DNA of 64,000 bases, taken from positions 1 to 64,000 of the IMG/VR virus record IMGVR_UViG_2643221888_000001, one strand, 5' to 3'. Numbering within the stretch: the first letter of the stretch is position 1; every line of letters starts with the position of its first letter. The DNA comes from a virus. Lineage: Duplodnaviria; Caudoviricetes. A program made the position numbers and the translations under genes. Under the pieces are notes generated by a model. That model was given only the letters and a program-made list of their open reading frames with translations, did no database searches and had not been told where the DNA came from. Below are positions 47,089-57,880 of the stretch, piece after piece.

Positions 47089-48273
47089 ATGGCTATTCAA
47101 ACCCAAGTCCTGACAAAGGTGATTCGCAAGAAGGAAGGCCCGAATTCCTTCGGCGTATTGCCCGGCGCCGCCGGCGCGCGCGAGTTCCGTAAGGTCAGCG
47201 ACAGCATCGCGCTGAAGAAGAACAAAATCCAGTCGGCCGCGATTCAGACCAATGCGCAGCGCCCGATGGCGCGCCACGGCGGCCGCACGGTGGACGGCAA
47301 CATCGGCGTCGAGCTGGCCCTGGGCCTGATCGATTCCGAGCTGGCGTCGGTCGTGCGCCGCGACTGGACGGCGGTGGCTCCGCTCAACAACCTGACCGTG
47401 ACGGCCTCTGCCGCGGCGCCGCACTTCGTGCGATCCGCAGGCTCATGGATCGCCGACGGCCTGGCCCTCGGCATGCTGGTCAAATTCACCGGCTTCACCG
47501 CTGGCGCCACTTCGAATAACGGCAAGCTGTACACGATCATCGCGCTCACCGCTACCGAGATCACTGTCGCCGAAACCGTCGTGGCGGCCGCCAGTTCCGC
47601 ATCGATCGGCCTGACCGTGCCCGGCAAAGTTACCTTCATCCCCGAGAGCGGTCATACCAACGACAGCTACACCATCGAGAAATGGTACAGCGCGGTGGGC
47701 GAGTCGTACCGCTTCACTGGCCAGCGCGTGGCCTCGGTGAACATCGGCCTGGCAGCCGACGACAAGGTGTCTGCCGAGATCGCCTACATGGGCCAGGACC
47801 GCCAAAAGGCGACCGCCGCATACTTCACCAACCCGGCCGCGCCTGGTGGTGGCGACATGCTGGTAACGCCTTCGGGCCTGGCCATCATCAACGGCAAAGC
47901 CACCAAGGTCTGCACGAACTTCACGCTCGACATCAACGGCAACGCGTCGGTGGGCAAGGTCGTCGGCTCCAATGTGACGCCGGACGTGTTCATGGACATG
48001 ATCGACGTCACCGGCCAGATCAGCGTGTACTACGAGAACGGCGAGATGGATGACTACTTCGACCAGGAGCAGTCGATCTCGTTGATTAACCGCCTCGACG
48101 ACGGTATCGGCGGTGCGTTCGTCATCGCCATGCCATACGTGAAAGTGTTCGGCGGCGGCGAGTCGGGCGACAAGGAAATCATCCGTCAATACGACTACAC
48201 GGCCGGCCCGAATGCTGCCGGTACCGGCGCCGGTCGCTCGACGATTCTTTTGCAAGACACAACGCTTTCTTAA
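47089..48273 (+). CDS. Major tail tube protein
   Basis: 394 aa between tail terminator and chaperone genes; internal beta-rich insertion. Confidence 0.85.
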   Translation: MAIQTQVLTKVIRKKEGPNSFGVLPGAAGAREFRKVSDSIALKKNKIQSAAIQTNAQRPMARHGGRTVDGNIGVELALGLIDSELASVVRRDWTAVAPLNNLTVTASAAAPHFVRSAGSWIADGLALGMLVKFTGFTAGATSNNGKLYTIIALTATEITVAETVVAAASSASIGLTVPGKVTFIPESGHTNDSYTIEKWYSAVGESYRFTGQRVASVNIGLAADDKVSAEIAYMGQDRQKATAAYFTNPAAPGGGDMLVTPSGLAIINGKATKVCTNFTLDINGNASVGKVVGSNVTPDVFMDMIDVTGQISVYYENGEMDDYFDQEQSISLINRLDDGIGGAFVIAMPYVKVFGGGESGDKEIIRQYDYTAGPNAAGTGAGRSTILLQDTTLS

Positions 48274-48347
48274 TTCGCAATATCGAATTCGAGCCGGCCA
48301 CGTGCCGGCTTATCAATGCCCGATGGGCAATAGCAGAAAGGTATCAG

Positions 48348-48845
48348 ATGAATGAACTTATTTTCGATGGTCGCAAGTTGCGCGTCATCGAGCGCAACGG
48401 ACAGGCATGGCTCACGGCGGTTGATATTGCAGCGGCGCTGGGCTACAGCCGCAGCGACAAAGTGTCGCGCATCTATCAGCTGCACGCCAACGAATTTCGC
48501 ACCTCAATGACCGATCTCATCGAGACCCCCGTTTCGGGGTTCTCGGGGATCACGGCAGAAGTACGAATTTTTAGTCTGCGAGGTGCGCACCTGATTGGCA
48601 TGTTTGCCAGGACCAAAAAAGGCGCCGAGTTTCGTGCGTGGGTGCTCGATCAACTGGAGGCCCAGTGCGCGCCAGGCAAGTCGCTGATGTTTGCATGGTT
48701 CGACGCAAAGGCCGCCGTTGATGCGCAGGACAAGTTTGCCAGTATGTGCGGCAAAGGTTTGAGTGAACACAGAAAACGCAAGCCGCCACTGGCGGAAAAA
48801 CTCAAAGCACTCAGCGATCAGATTCAACCATCTCTTCTCAACTGA
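48348..48845 (+). CDS. BRO-N domain protein
   Basis: WLTAVDIAAALGY..RIFSLRGAHLIGMFART..AEFRAWVLD. Confidence 0.9.
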   Translation: MNELIFDGRKLRVIERNGQAWLTAVDIAAALGYSRSDKVSRIYQLHANEFRTSMTDLIETPVSGFSGITAEVRIFSLRGAHLIGMFARTKKGAEFRAWVLDQLEAQCAPGKSLMFAWFDAKAAVDAQDKFASMCGKGLSEHRKRKPPLAEKLKALSDQIQPSLLN

Positions 48846-48966
48846 CCCGGCCACGCGCCGGGTTTCTTTTTGGCGCAAGCCACCCCCAGTACGGACCGGA
48901 CGCTGTCGCCTTCGTCGGCGCAGCGGCCGGCACCGGCACCTATTCATCCGACGAAAGGCATTACCC

Positions 48967-49425
48967 ATGAACACCATCAACAACGCAGTAAAACTCGCAA
49001 CCGCTGGCTTTGACGTGGCCCTGCTGGCCAGCCCCGAAAAGATCGCCAAGACCCACACCGTCGAAGTCGCTCACGACGATGACGGCAACATGCTGGCCGG
49101 CTTCGACATTGTCGGCAAGAACTCGGTCCAGTATCGCGACGTGGTGCGCGCCACCTCCGTCACCGCGATCAAACGCAGCCAGACCAAGAAAGAGCAGATC
49201 GACGCCAAGACCGATGCCGGCGCCGGCGCCGTGTACGACCTGTCCGAATCGCGCAACCGCAAGATTGCCATCGCCGTGGTCGTCGGCGCTCCGGGCTTCG
49301 TGTCGAACGGCCAGCCCGTCGAGCTGACGGAGGGCTTCCTCAACCTCTGCTTCGATGCGCAGCCAACCTGGCAAGACAAGATCCTGACCGCGCTGGAAGC
49401 TGATGCCAATTTTTTGGCGATCTAA
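48967..49425 (+). CDS. Tail assembly chaperone (G-like)
   Basis: GAAAGG SD; ends ANFLAI at a slippery site. Confidence 0.85.
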   Translation: MNTINNAVKLATAGFDVALLASPEKIAKTHTVEVAHDDDGNMLAGFDIVGKNSVQYRDVVRATSVTAIKRSQTKKEQIDAKTDAGAGAVYDLSESRNRKIAIAVVVGAPGFVSNGQPVELTEGFLNLCFDAQPTWQDKILTALEADANFLAI

Positions 49426-49757
49426 AGCGGCAACTACTTGAGCATGCGCAGGCGTCGCTCAAGCTGGCCGCCAAGCAGAAGGACGGCAAAACCCTGCGCT
49501 GGCACCTCGAGCGCGTGCTCGAGCAGACCGGCATCGTGCCGCCGCAACTCGATGTCCCGGCGATTCCGATCGAGCTCGAGCACGTCTGGGAGTACTTCTG
49601 CCAGATGAGTTCGAAGCGGACCTGCGGCGCCATGGCGCCGAATCCGATCAGCGACGAGCAGGTGATGGCCTGGGAACGGCGGCACGGCATCCGCCTGTCG
49701 CCGTTTGAAGGCGAATGCATCGACGCGCTTGACCAGGTTTTCTTAGCCGGCGAGTAG
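49410..49757 (+). CDS. -1 frameshift extension of the tail chaperone (GT-like)
   Basis: T TTT TTG at 49410-49416; the -1 frame is open and continues into ORF 49515..49757. Confidence 0.82.
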   Translation, partial: FFGDLKRQLLEHAQASLKLAAKQKDGKTLRWHLERVLEQTGIVPPQLDVPAIPIELEHVWEYFCQMSSKRTCGAMAPNPISDEQVMAWERRHGIRLSPFEGECIDALDQVFLAGE

Positions 49758-49825
49758 GGCGGCCACACGCTGCCCGCACCGAATTACAAGCCGCCTTCGA
49801 GGCGGCATTTTTTATTGGGCCTCCC

Positions 49826-52800
49826 ATGACCGTTGATGTCGCTACCCTCGCAATCCGAATCGACTCGTCTGCAGCGCAGACTGCTGCGCAGGACATGGAC
49901 CGCATGCGCGAGGCTGGCGGCCGCGCCGAGAAGCAGACTGCGATCCTTGAAGATGCGACGCGCAAGCTGACCGGTGCATTGGCGATGCTGGGCCTGGGCG
50001 CTGGTATCAGCGCCATCATCCACCTGGCAGACGAATACACCAAATACAACGCGCAGTTGAAACTCGCTACCCAGTCCGCGCGCGAGCACGCCCAAGCGCT
50101 TGAAGACGTGCGCCGGATCGCAACGACCGCCCAGCAAGACCTGGCCGCCACCGGTATGCTGTACGCGCGTATCTCCAACGGCACGCGCGAGCTGGGCGTG
50201 CAGCAGAAGCAGGTGGCCGCCATCACGGAAACCGTCAACCTGGCTTTGAAAGTGTCTGGCGCCACCGCGATGGAGTCGGCATCGGCCCAGCTGCAGTTGT
50301 CGCAGGCCTTCGCGCAGGGCGCGCTGCGCGGCGAAGAATTCAATTCCGTGAACGAGGCCGCACCTCGCCTAATGAAGGCGCTGGCGGACGGCCTGGGGAT
50401 TCCGGTGGGCGCACTGCGCGCAATGGCTGCCGAGGGCCAAATTACGTCCAAAATTATGGCCGAGGTGCTGCCCGGCGCGCTTGAGCAACTGCGCGAGGAA
50501 GCCAAGCAGGTGCAGACCATTGGCGGCGCGTTCACGGTCCTCAAGAACAACCTCATGGAGTTCGTGGGCGTGCAGGCCCAGGCCAGCGGCTTCGTGTCGC
50601 TCTTGGTGACCGGCATCGAGGCGCTGGCCAGCAACCTGACCTTGCTGGCCGGGGTGATCGGCACTTTAGTGGCAGTCAATGTCGTGAACTGGCTCACAAG
50701 CTGGATCGCAAAGACTTACGAACGTATTACCGCTGCTTACGCCCAGGTTGCGGCCGAGAATGCCTTGCGCGCTTCGGCAATTGCGGCCGCAGAAGCAGAA
50801 AGCGCCCAGGCTGCCGCCACGCTTGCACGTGCGCAAGCTGGTCGTCTGGCTCTGGTTGCCACGCAGGAGGCCGTTGTCGCCCAACTTCGTGCCGCGAATG
50901 CCACGCTCGCTGGAGCGCAGGCTGCTGTTGCGGCGGCGAGTGCGGCGGGGGCGCAAAGTTACGCTCTTCGCGTACTGCGTGACGCTACTCGCGATCTCGC
51001 TGTCGCTGAGACCATGCGGGCTGCTTTGCTGACGGAATCGGCCGCGCTAGACCGGGCAAAAATCGCCGCATCAGCGCAAATCACAGCCGCAACTGCCGCG
51101 CAGACCGCTGCGCAAAACGCGTTGAATGCGGCAAATGGTGTTGGTGTTTCGTCGGTGGGGTTGCTTGGGCGCGCTGTTGGTGCATTGGGTGGGCCGATCG
51201 GCGCCATCGTGACGATACTCGGTCTGGCTGCCACTGCGTGGATGGTCTGGTCGAATCGCGCAAAGGAATCGAATGCCGCCGTCGCGGAATCATTCGACGA
51301 GGCGCACGCACGTATCGTGAAAGGCCTGGACGAGCAGATCGCCAAGAACGAAAAATTGATTCAACTGCAAAAGCTGGGTGTGCCGAAAGACAAAGCTGAA
51401 AAAGACCTGCCGATCATCGACCAGCTGGCCAAGGCATCCGCATTACTCAACGACATCAACCAGCGTGCCGGCGACTATGCTCCGGGCAAAGGCAAGAGCG
51501 AAACAGATGCTCTGTTTGACCGCGTGAAGGTGTTGAAGCAGATCGGCGAACTCACCGACAAAATGCAGAAACGTGATTCCACCGGTGACGCGGCTGCAGC
51601 CTTCGGGCCTGAGGCGAAAGCGCTCGAGGCTGTGCGACAGCGCTTGACCGGCGTTAATAAGCAATACCTCGACGATCTGAAAGCACTTCAAGCGGCCCGT
51701 GAAGCCAACGCCATTCCTGAGAAAGAATACATCGAACTGGTTTCGAAGTTGGCCACCGAAACTTGGAAGGCATCTGACGCTGGCAAGGACTTCGCCGCAT
51801 CGAGCAAAGCACAGGTGGAGGCACGTTTGGAGGCAATCAAATCCGGTGTTGAGCGCGAAAAAAGCATTCGAGCCGAAGGCGTGGCAGCGATCACCGAGTT
51901 GCAGCGGCAGGGCCTGGCGTCGGACTACGAGGTGTACGAAGCGAAGCGCTCGGCGGCGGTTCGCGCCGGCGAAGATGCGGGTCAAGTGCTCAGCGCCGAG
52001 ATTGCTGCACTGGCGGCTTACGGCGGCAAGGATGTCGCGGAGCGGATCGCGAACGATGCAAAAATCAAGAAGCTGAGCGCGGACCGCACTGAGGCGCTAC
52101 GGGCGTCACTGGTTGCAGAAAAGCAGCTGCGTGTCGCGTACGAATACGATCGGGACAAGCCGACACGCGATGCTGAGGCGGCCAACGCTAAAGAGCTGGT
52201 CGCGATCAACAATCAGATCGCGGCCACGGAGCTGCAAATTGCCAGCTACGGGAAACTGCCGTCGGCCATTAGCGCAGCGACCATCGCCCAACTGGAAGCG
52301 GAAAAGGCGACGGTCTCCGTCTTCGAGGGAAGTGAAAAGGCTGTTGCAGCAATCGATGCCAAGATCGCGGCATACGCACGCCTGTCGGCCGTCCAGAAGG
52401 TCAGCGAGGCTCTGGACACCAGCACCGACGTGGCCAAAGCCAAGGAGCTGCTGGAGATCCTGGTCGCAGTGGATAACGCGGCCAAGTCGGCCGCGCAGGG
52501 AATGGCCTCATCGTTCGGAGCGGTCGGGTCGGCCATCGGCGGGCTGACGACTGCGCTGACGGAATACGCCGTTCAGCAGCAGGCCGTGTCCGCGCAGCTG
52601 GCGGCGGTGAAGGCGGACCCGAAGAGCAGCGCTGACAAGATCGCCAAGGCGGAGATCGCCGCCTCGCATGCTTCGGCTCAGGCGCAGATCAAATCCTACG
52701 GTGACATGGCTGCGGCCTCGAAGGGATTCTTCAAAGAGAATTCCAAGGGTTACAAGCTGATGGAGACGACCGAGCGGGCCTTCCGAGCCTACGAAATGGC

Positions 52801-55342
52801 CATGGCTCTCGAGTCGATGGTCAAAAAGATCTTCTTCAAAGAGGGGGAGGTGGCGGCCAATGTGGCACTGAACGCGACCAAGCTCACGGGCGAGGCCGCA
52901 ACCACCGCGGCATCTACCGGACTGGCCGCGACCGAGGCGAGCGCTTGGGGCATTACGGCCGTGGTCAAGGCCATGGCGTCGCTGCCGTTTCCGCTGAACC
53001 TGGCGGCCGGCGCTGCGACGCTGGCTGCCGTCGTGGCAGTCGGCGCCAAGATGTTCGGCGGCGTCGGTGGCGGGGCCAGCGTTTCGCAGCAGCGGCAGGC
53101 AGCGAACGGCACGGGCTCTATTCTGGGCGACAGCAATGCAAAGTCGGACTCGATCGCGCACAGCCTGGCCATCATGGAAAAAAATTCCGGCCTCGGTCTG
53201 GCACACACGATCTCGATGGACCTGTCTTTGAAACAGATGGTGTCGAGCATCGGCAACCTTGCTGGCCTGTTGGCACGCGCTGGCGTCGTCGCGGCTGGTG
53301 GCGGTGCTGCGGCGGGCGTTCAGACTGGAACGACGACCCCGGGCGGCAACCTGGGCACTGCTGCTGGTATGGCGGCCGGCGGCCTGGGCGGCGCCGCGCT
53401 CGGCGCGTACGTTGGCATGGGCGGGTTCATGTCCACCTCCCTGCTCGCCGTGGGTGGCCCACTCGGTCTCGCCATCGGCGCCGTGCTCGGCACGGTGCTC
53501 GGCAAGCAGCTGGGCAAGCTGTTCGGCACCACGACTTCTATCACCGACCAGGGTATTACCGGCAAGGCGATGTCCCTGGGCCAGATCAACGATCTCGGCT
53601 TCACTGCGCAGGCCTACGCCGATGTGCAGACGAAGAAGAAAGCGTTCGGCTACACCTACAGCAACAAAAGCGATACCAAGCTGGCTTCGTTGTCTGATGA
53701 GATGAATGATCAGTTCACCATGATCATCACCGGGATGGGTGACACCATTCGAAGTGCAGCCGGCATCCTGGGCGTGGACGGCGCCGCATTCAATGCAAAG
53801 CTCAATTCCTTCGTAGTTGATCTTGGCAAGATCAGTTTGAAAGACCTGACCGGCGAAGAGCAGCAGAAGGCGCTGGAGACAGCCTTCTCAAAATTGGGCG
53901 ACGACATGGCCCGTTGGAGTGTGGCCGGCATTGCGAACTTTCAAAAAGTGGGGGAGGGCTATCTCGAAACGCTGGTGCGGGTCGCCAATGAACAGATGCA
54001 GGTCAATGATGTTCTGGCCGTGCTGGGCAAGTCGTTCAACGCGACCGGCCTCAGTGCGGTGCAGCTCAGCCAGGATCTGATCGCGGCAGCGGGAGGGCTG
54101 GAAAAACTGACTTCGGGTACCGCGTACTTCGCGCAGAACTTCCTCAGCGAGGCAGAGCGTATGGCACCGATTACGAAATCGGTCCGCGTCGCGATGACCT
54201 CGCTCGGGCAGTCCGGCGTGACCACTACCGAGCAGTTCAAGGCGCTCGTGCTGGCGCAGGATCTGAACACGGCTGCCGGCCAAGCGATGTATGCCCAACT
54301 GATCGCCATCGCGGAGCCATTTAAGCAGGCTGCGGATTACGCCGCCGAGCTTGCCGCTGTGACAGGGGATTTTGCTGCGGTAGCGAAGACCGCCAGTGAG
54401 ATCGCCAGCGAGCACCGCGATTTGCAACAGCAGTTGAACGAGTTGACGAAGAGCGACGCAGGGCTGCTGGCAATCCAGCGCGCCGGCATCGCCGACGTAA
54501 ATAAGGCGCTGTTCGACCAGGTGCAAGCCGCGAAGGCTGTTGTGTCGGCCAAGGACGCGCTGGCCAGCGCCTACGACAAAGAAGCGACAGCGGCCAAGAG
54601 CGCGATTGAGAAATCGAAAGCGTGGGTGACGACGCTCAACGGCCTCAACAGCAATCTTGCGCTGGGCAACCAGTCCACCCTCACGCCGGAGCAGAAATAC
54701 GCCGAGGCGCGGGCCCAATTCGAGAAGACACTGGCGGCGGCGAACGCCGGCGATTCGACAGCGCAGTCCGGGCTGTCGGCGGCGGAGCAGGCATTCCTCA
54801 CGGCCTCGCAGGTGGTCAACGCGTCCGACGCCAAATATGCTGCGGACTACGCGCGCGTGATCGCGGCCAACCAAGACGCGGCCAAATGGGCATCTGAGCA
54901 GGTCAATCTGCAGCAGGCCAGCTACGACGCGCTGGAGAAGCAGGTCAAGAGTTTGGTGACCATCAACGACAGCGTGCTGACGGTGGCGCAGGCCATTGCT
55001 CAACTGCAGGTGGCGATGGGGGTCTCCGATGCCCAGGGCGTGAAGTTCACCAACGCGCCTGCGGTGACCGCCACGGTCGCCGGCGCCGCGCCGGTGGTCG
55101 ACTACAGCCGCTACTCGGCTGCGTCGAATGCTGGATCGGACGCCCTTGTCGCCGAGGTCAAGGCGCTGCGCGAGGAAGTGAAAGCGCTGCGCTCCGACCA
55201 GGCTGCGCAGATCAGCGCGGTGGTAAAGGCGACCACCGAATCGAACGCGAAAGCCGCCGGAACAGTGGTGGCGGGCGTGGAGAAATCGGCCAAGGCTTCG
55301 GCCTGGGCCTCTACAGTGAAAAAGGATGCGTATGACCGATGA
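49826..55342 (+). CDS. Tape measure protein
   Basis: 1838 aa, Ala-rich; QLSQAFAQGALRGEEFNSV tape-measure motif. Confidence 0.95.
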   Translation: MTVDVATLAIRIDSSAAQTAAQDMDRMREAGGRAEKQTAILEDATRKLTGALAMLGLGAGISAIIHLADEYTKYNAQLKLATQSAREHAQALEDVRRIATTAQQDLAATGMLYARISNGTRELGVQQKQVAAITETVNLALKVSGATAMESASAQLQLSQAFAQGALRGEEFNSVNEAAPRLMKALADGLGIPVGALRAMAAEGQITSKIMAEVLPGALEQLREEAKQVQTIGGAFTVLKNNLMEFVGVQAQASGFVSLLVTGIEALASNLTLLAGVIGTLVAVNVVNWLTSWIAKTYERITAAYAQVAAENALRASAIAAAEAESAQAAATLARAQAGRLALVATQEAVVAQLRAANATLAGAQAAVAAASAAGAQSYALRVLRDATRDLAVAETMRAALLTESAALDRAKIAASAQITAATAAQTAAQNALNAANGVGVSSVGLLGRAVGALGGPIGAIVTILGLAATAWMVWSNRAKESNAAVAESFDEAHARIVKGLDEQIAKNEKLIQLQKLGVPKDKAEKDLPIIDQLAKASALLNDINQRAGDYAPGKGKSETDALFDRVKVLKQIGELTDKMQKRDSTGDAAAAFGPEAKALEAVRQRLTGVNKQYLDDLKALQAAREANAIPEKEYIELVSKLATETWKASDAGKDFAASSKAQVEARLEAIKSGVEREKSIRAEGVAAITELQRQGLASDYEVYEAKRSAAVRAGEDAGQVLSAEIAALAAYGGKDVAERIANDAKIKKLSADRTEALRASLVAEKQLRVAYEYDRDKPTRDAEAANAKELVAINNQIAATELQIASYGKLPSAISAATIAQLEAEKATVSVFEGSEKAVAAIDAKIAAYARLSAVQKVSEALDTSTDVAKAKELLEILVAVDNAAKSAAQGMASSFGAVGSAIGGLTTALTEYAVQQQAVSAQLAAVKADPKSSADKIAKAEIAASHASAQAQIKSYGDMAAASKGFFKENSKGYKLMETTERAFRAYEMAMALESMVKKIFFKEGEVAANVALNATKLTGEAATTAASTGLAATEASAWGITAVVKAMASLPFPLNLAAGAATLAAVVAVGAKMFGGVGGGASVSQQRQAANGTGSILGDSNAKSDSIAHSLAIMEKNSGLGLAHTISMDLSLKQMVSSIGNLAGLLARAGVVAAGGGAAAGVQTGTTTPGGNLGTAAGMAAGGLGGAALGAYVGMGGFMSTSLLAVGGPLGLAIGAVLGTVLGKQLGKLFGTTTSITDQGITGKAMSLGQINDLGFTAQAYADVQTKKKAFGYTYSNKSDTKLASLSDEMNDQFTMIITGMGDTIRSAAGILGVDGAAFNAKLNSFVVDLGKISLKDLTGEEQQKALETAFSKLGDDMARWSVAGIANFQKVGEGYLETLVRVANEQMQVNDVLAVLGKSFNATGLSAVQLSQDLIAAAGGLEKLTSGTAYFAQNFLSEAERMAPITKSVRVAMTSLGQSGVTTTEQFKALVLAQDLNTAAGQAMYAQLIAIAEPFKQAADYAAELAAVTGDFAAVAKTASEIASEHRDLQQQLNELTKSDAGLLAIQRAGIADVNKALFDQVQAAKAVVSAKDALASAYDKEATAAKSAIEKSKAWVTTLNGLNSNLALGNQSTLTPEQKYAEARAQFEKTLAAANAGDSTAQSGLSAAEQAFLTASQVVNASDAKYAADYARVIAANQDAAKWASEQVNLQQASYDALEKQVKSLVTINDSVLTVAQAIAQLQVAMGVSDAQGVKFTNAPAVTATVAGAAPVVDYSRYSAASNAGSDALVAEVKALREEVKALRSDQAAQISAVVKATTESNAKAAGTVVAGVEKSAKASAWASTVKKDAYDR

Positions 55343-56798
55343 GCAATACATGGCCTGGCTGAAAAATCCAGCCGCCGTGCGCATGGTGCTGATCGAGGCA
55401 CAGGTGAATGTGGCAGGCGCCGAGGTGACGCGCTACATCGCCTCGCGCGAGTATGTGACCAGACCGGCCGACACGCCGGCCAACACCGTGTACCGGGCGC
55501 TCGCCAAAGGCGGCCTGGCGTTCACCGAGCAGGTCAGCCTGACCGGTGAGGCCGCGCTGTCCGGCGGCGACATCGAGCTGGACAATGGCGACGGCGCGGT
55601 CGACAGCTGGTTGGGCGACGTGTGGCGCAACCGGCGCATCCGCGCCTGGCGCGGCGACCCGGCCTGGCCGCGCGCCGACTTCCGGTTAGTGTTCGACGGC
55701 ATCGTCGATGATGTGGGCAGTTCGAGCCGCGATACCGTGAACCTGGTGCTGCGCGACAAAATGCAGCGCCTGAACACGCCGATCAGCGAGGACAAACTGG
55801 GCGGCACGTCGACGAACAAGGACGCGGTCTTGCCGATCCCTTTCGGTGAATGCCACAACGTGTCGCCACTGCTCACCAATCCGGCTACGTTGGAATATGG
55901 ATTCCTCGGCGCCGTGGAATCGGTGTTCGAGGTGCGGACCAACGGCAAGCCGGTTCCCATCGAGGGGGGCGCACCGGGACGATTCAAGATGCAGATCAAC
56001 CCGCTGGCCAACGCGGTGACCTGCAGCGTGCAGGGCGACAACGGTGCCGGCTACGCGCCGCGCATCGCCCCGTTGGTGCGCCGGATTGCCACAGCCTACG
56101 GCAAACCTGCCGATCGATTCACCGACGCCGATCTGGACCTGGACAACCTCGCCGCGTTCGACGCCACCCACCAGCAGCCGGTGGGCCTGTACGTCGCCGA
56201 CCGGACTAACCAGGCGCTGGCGATCCAGCAGCTGGCCGCCAGCGTGGGCGCACAGGCGATCATGTCGGCCACCGGCAAGCTGCGACTGGTGCAGATCTCG
56301 TTGCCGGCGCCCGGCGCGCCAGTAGAGATCGGTCCCGATCAGATGCTGGCCAATTCGCTACGCCCGGCCGAGCGTCTGCCGGTGGTGGCCGCGGTGAAAA
56401 TCGCATTCGACCGCAACTACACCGTGCAGGCCGCGCTCACCACCGGCATTCCGGCGGAGCACGCCGACCTGTACGCGACCGAGTGGCTGACGGAAACAGT
56501 TGTGGACGAGGCCGTGCAGGCGCGGTACCGGCTGACGGACGACCCGGTGCAGATCGAAACCTATCTGAAACGGCGCGCCGATGCCAATGCCGAGGCCAGG
56601 CGCCGCCTGGCGCTGCGCAGCGTGCCGCGCACCATCTATGAACTCGACGGCGAGCCGGAGCTGGACGTGCTTGAGCTGGGCGCGTCGGTGGTGCTGCGCG
56701 ATCAGCGCTGGGGGCTGGCCGGCGGCGCGACCGGCGTGGTGGTGATGCTGCAGCGGAACTGGATGACCGGCCGCGTAACCGTAGGAGTGATGGTATGA
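55332..56798 (+). CDS. Tail tip / hub protein
   Basis: Follows the tape measure gene; PIPFGECHNVSP motif. Confidence 0.78.
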   Translation: MTDEQYMAWLKNPAAVRMVLIEAQVNVAGAEVTRYIASREYVTRPADTPANTVYRALAKGGLAFTEQVSLTGEAALSGGDIELDNGDGAVDSWLGDVWRNRRIRAWRGDPAWPRADFRLVFDGIVDDVGSSSRDTVNLVLRDKMQRLNTPISEDKLGGTSTNKDAVLPIPFGECHNVSPLLTNPATLEYGFLGAVESVFEVRTNGKPVPIEGGAPGRFKMQINPLANAVTCSVQGDNGAGYAPRIAPLVRRIATAYGKPADRFTDADLDLDNLAAFDATHQQPVGLYVADRTNQALAIQQLAASVGAQAIMSATGKLRLVQISLPAPGAPVEIGPDQMLANSLRPAERLPVVAAVKIAFDRNYTVQAALTTGIPAEHADLYATEWLTETVVDEAVQARYRLTDDPVQIETYLKRRADANAEARRRLALRSVPRTIYELDGEPELDVLELGASVVLRDQRWGLAGGATGVVVMLQRNWMTGRVTVGVMV

Positions 56799-57880
56799 GT
56801 GCAATCGTAGGGGAACGCGACAACCTGATTATGAACACCGTGCCTCGGTTCGCTGCGGCCGTTGATCGAGTGCTCCTGCTCGCTGTCTCGTCCTCGCTGT
56901 TTCGCGTGCCGACGGCCGGCCTGACCACGCCCAGCAGTGTGACGTTCACTGCCGGACTGATAAATATGAGCGGCGCTGTGGCGTTCTCGGCCAGCAATGC
57001 AAGCGTCCTGAGCCAGTCCGGCAACACGGTGGTGCTGGCGGCCGCCGGCATGGTCGGCAATACCGTGACGGTCACCGCGACGATCACTGTGGATGGAATT
57101 ACCTACACAGCCACGCAGACCGTGAGCAAAGTATTCGATGGCTACGACGGTAAGCCGGGTGCTCCCGGAGATCCAGGTTCGCCAGGCGTCAAAGGAAATT
57201 CGGCCCGCGTCTGCTACAGCAAGACCAGTCTGACGTCGCTATCGAATTCACCCACATCGATCAGCACCGAAGGGGATAACTCCTATCCGCCACCCAACAT
57301 GTGGGGGCAGGGCACCGTATGGGAGGGCTCGCCGCAGATCCTGGCAGCAGGCGAAAACCTCTATCGATCCGACGGCACATATAACCCCAACACCGGGGTG
57401 ACAAGTTGGGCCGCGCCGTACATGAATTCGTTCAAAGTATTCGCACTCGACGCCTTCACGGCGAACTTGGGCCGGATGACTTCCGGTGACATCACCGGCA
57501 CCGTCCTGCACGGCGGACCGGGCTACGCGCACAGCACCTACACGTGGCCGCAAAACCTTCAGGGCGGCTATCATCTGAGCGCGGACGGGCTACTTCTCGG
57601 CAATCCATTGACGGGCAGGTATTTTCAATTGACCGGAAGCGGCGACGTGTACGCGCCAGGCCTCTCGATCGTCAACGGGTCGGCGATATTCAGCGGCAAT
57701 CTGGCAGCCGCCACCGGAACATTTGCCGGCGAGCTGCAGGCCGCCACCGGCACGATAGGGCTGCTGCGCAGCAAAGCAGCCGGGCAGCGGACGGAGTTCG
57801 ATAGCAACGGCGTGCGGGCCTACGGGCCGAATTCCGGCAACCCAATGGGTGGTCTCGTAGCGCGCATGGGGGTGTGGTGA
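56795..57880 (+). CDS. Tail fibre / J-like C-terminal protein
   Basis: Short collagen-like GxY stretch; FSGNLAAATGTFAGELQAATG repeat; ends RMGVW. Confidence 0.72.
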   Translation: MSAIVGERDNLIMNTVPRFAAAVDRVLLLAVSSSLFRVPTAGLTTPSSVTFTAGLINMSGAVAFSASNASVLSQSGNTVVLAAAGMVGNTVTVTATITVDGITYTATQTVSKVFDGYDGKPGAPGDPGSPGVKGNSARVCYSKTSLTSLSNSPTSISTEGDNSYPPPNMWGQGTVWEGSPQILAAGENLYRSDGTYNPNTGVTSWAAPYMNSFKVFALDAFTANLGRMTSGDITGTVLHGGPGYAHSTYTWPQNLQGGYHLSADGLLLGNPLTGRYFQLTGSGDVYAPGLSIVNGSAIFSGNLAAATGTFAGELQAATGTIGLLRSKAAGQRTEFDSNGVRAYGPNSGNPMGGLVARMGVW

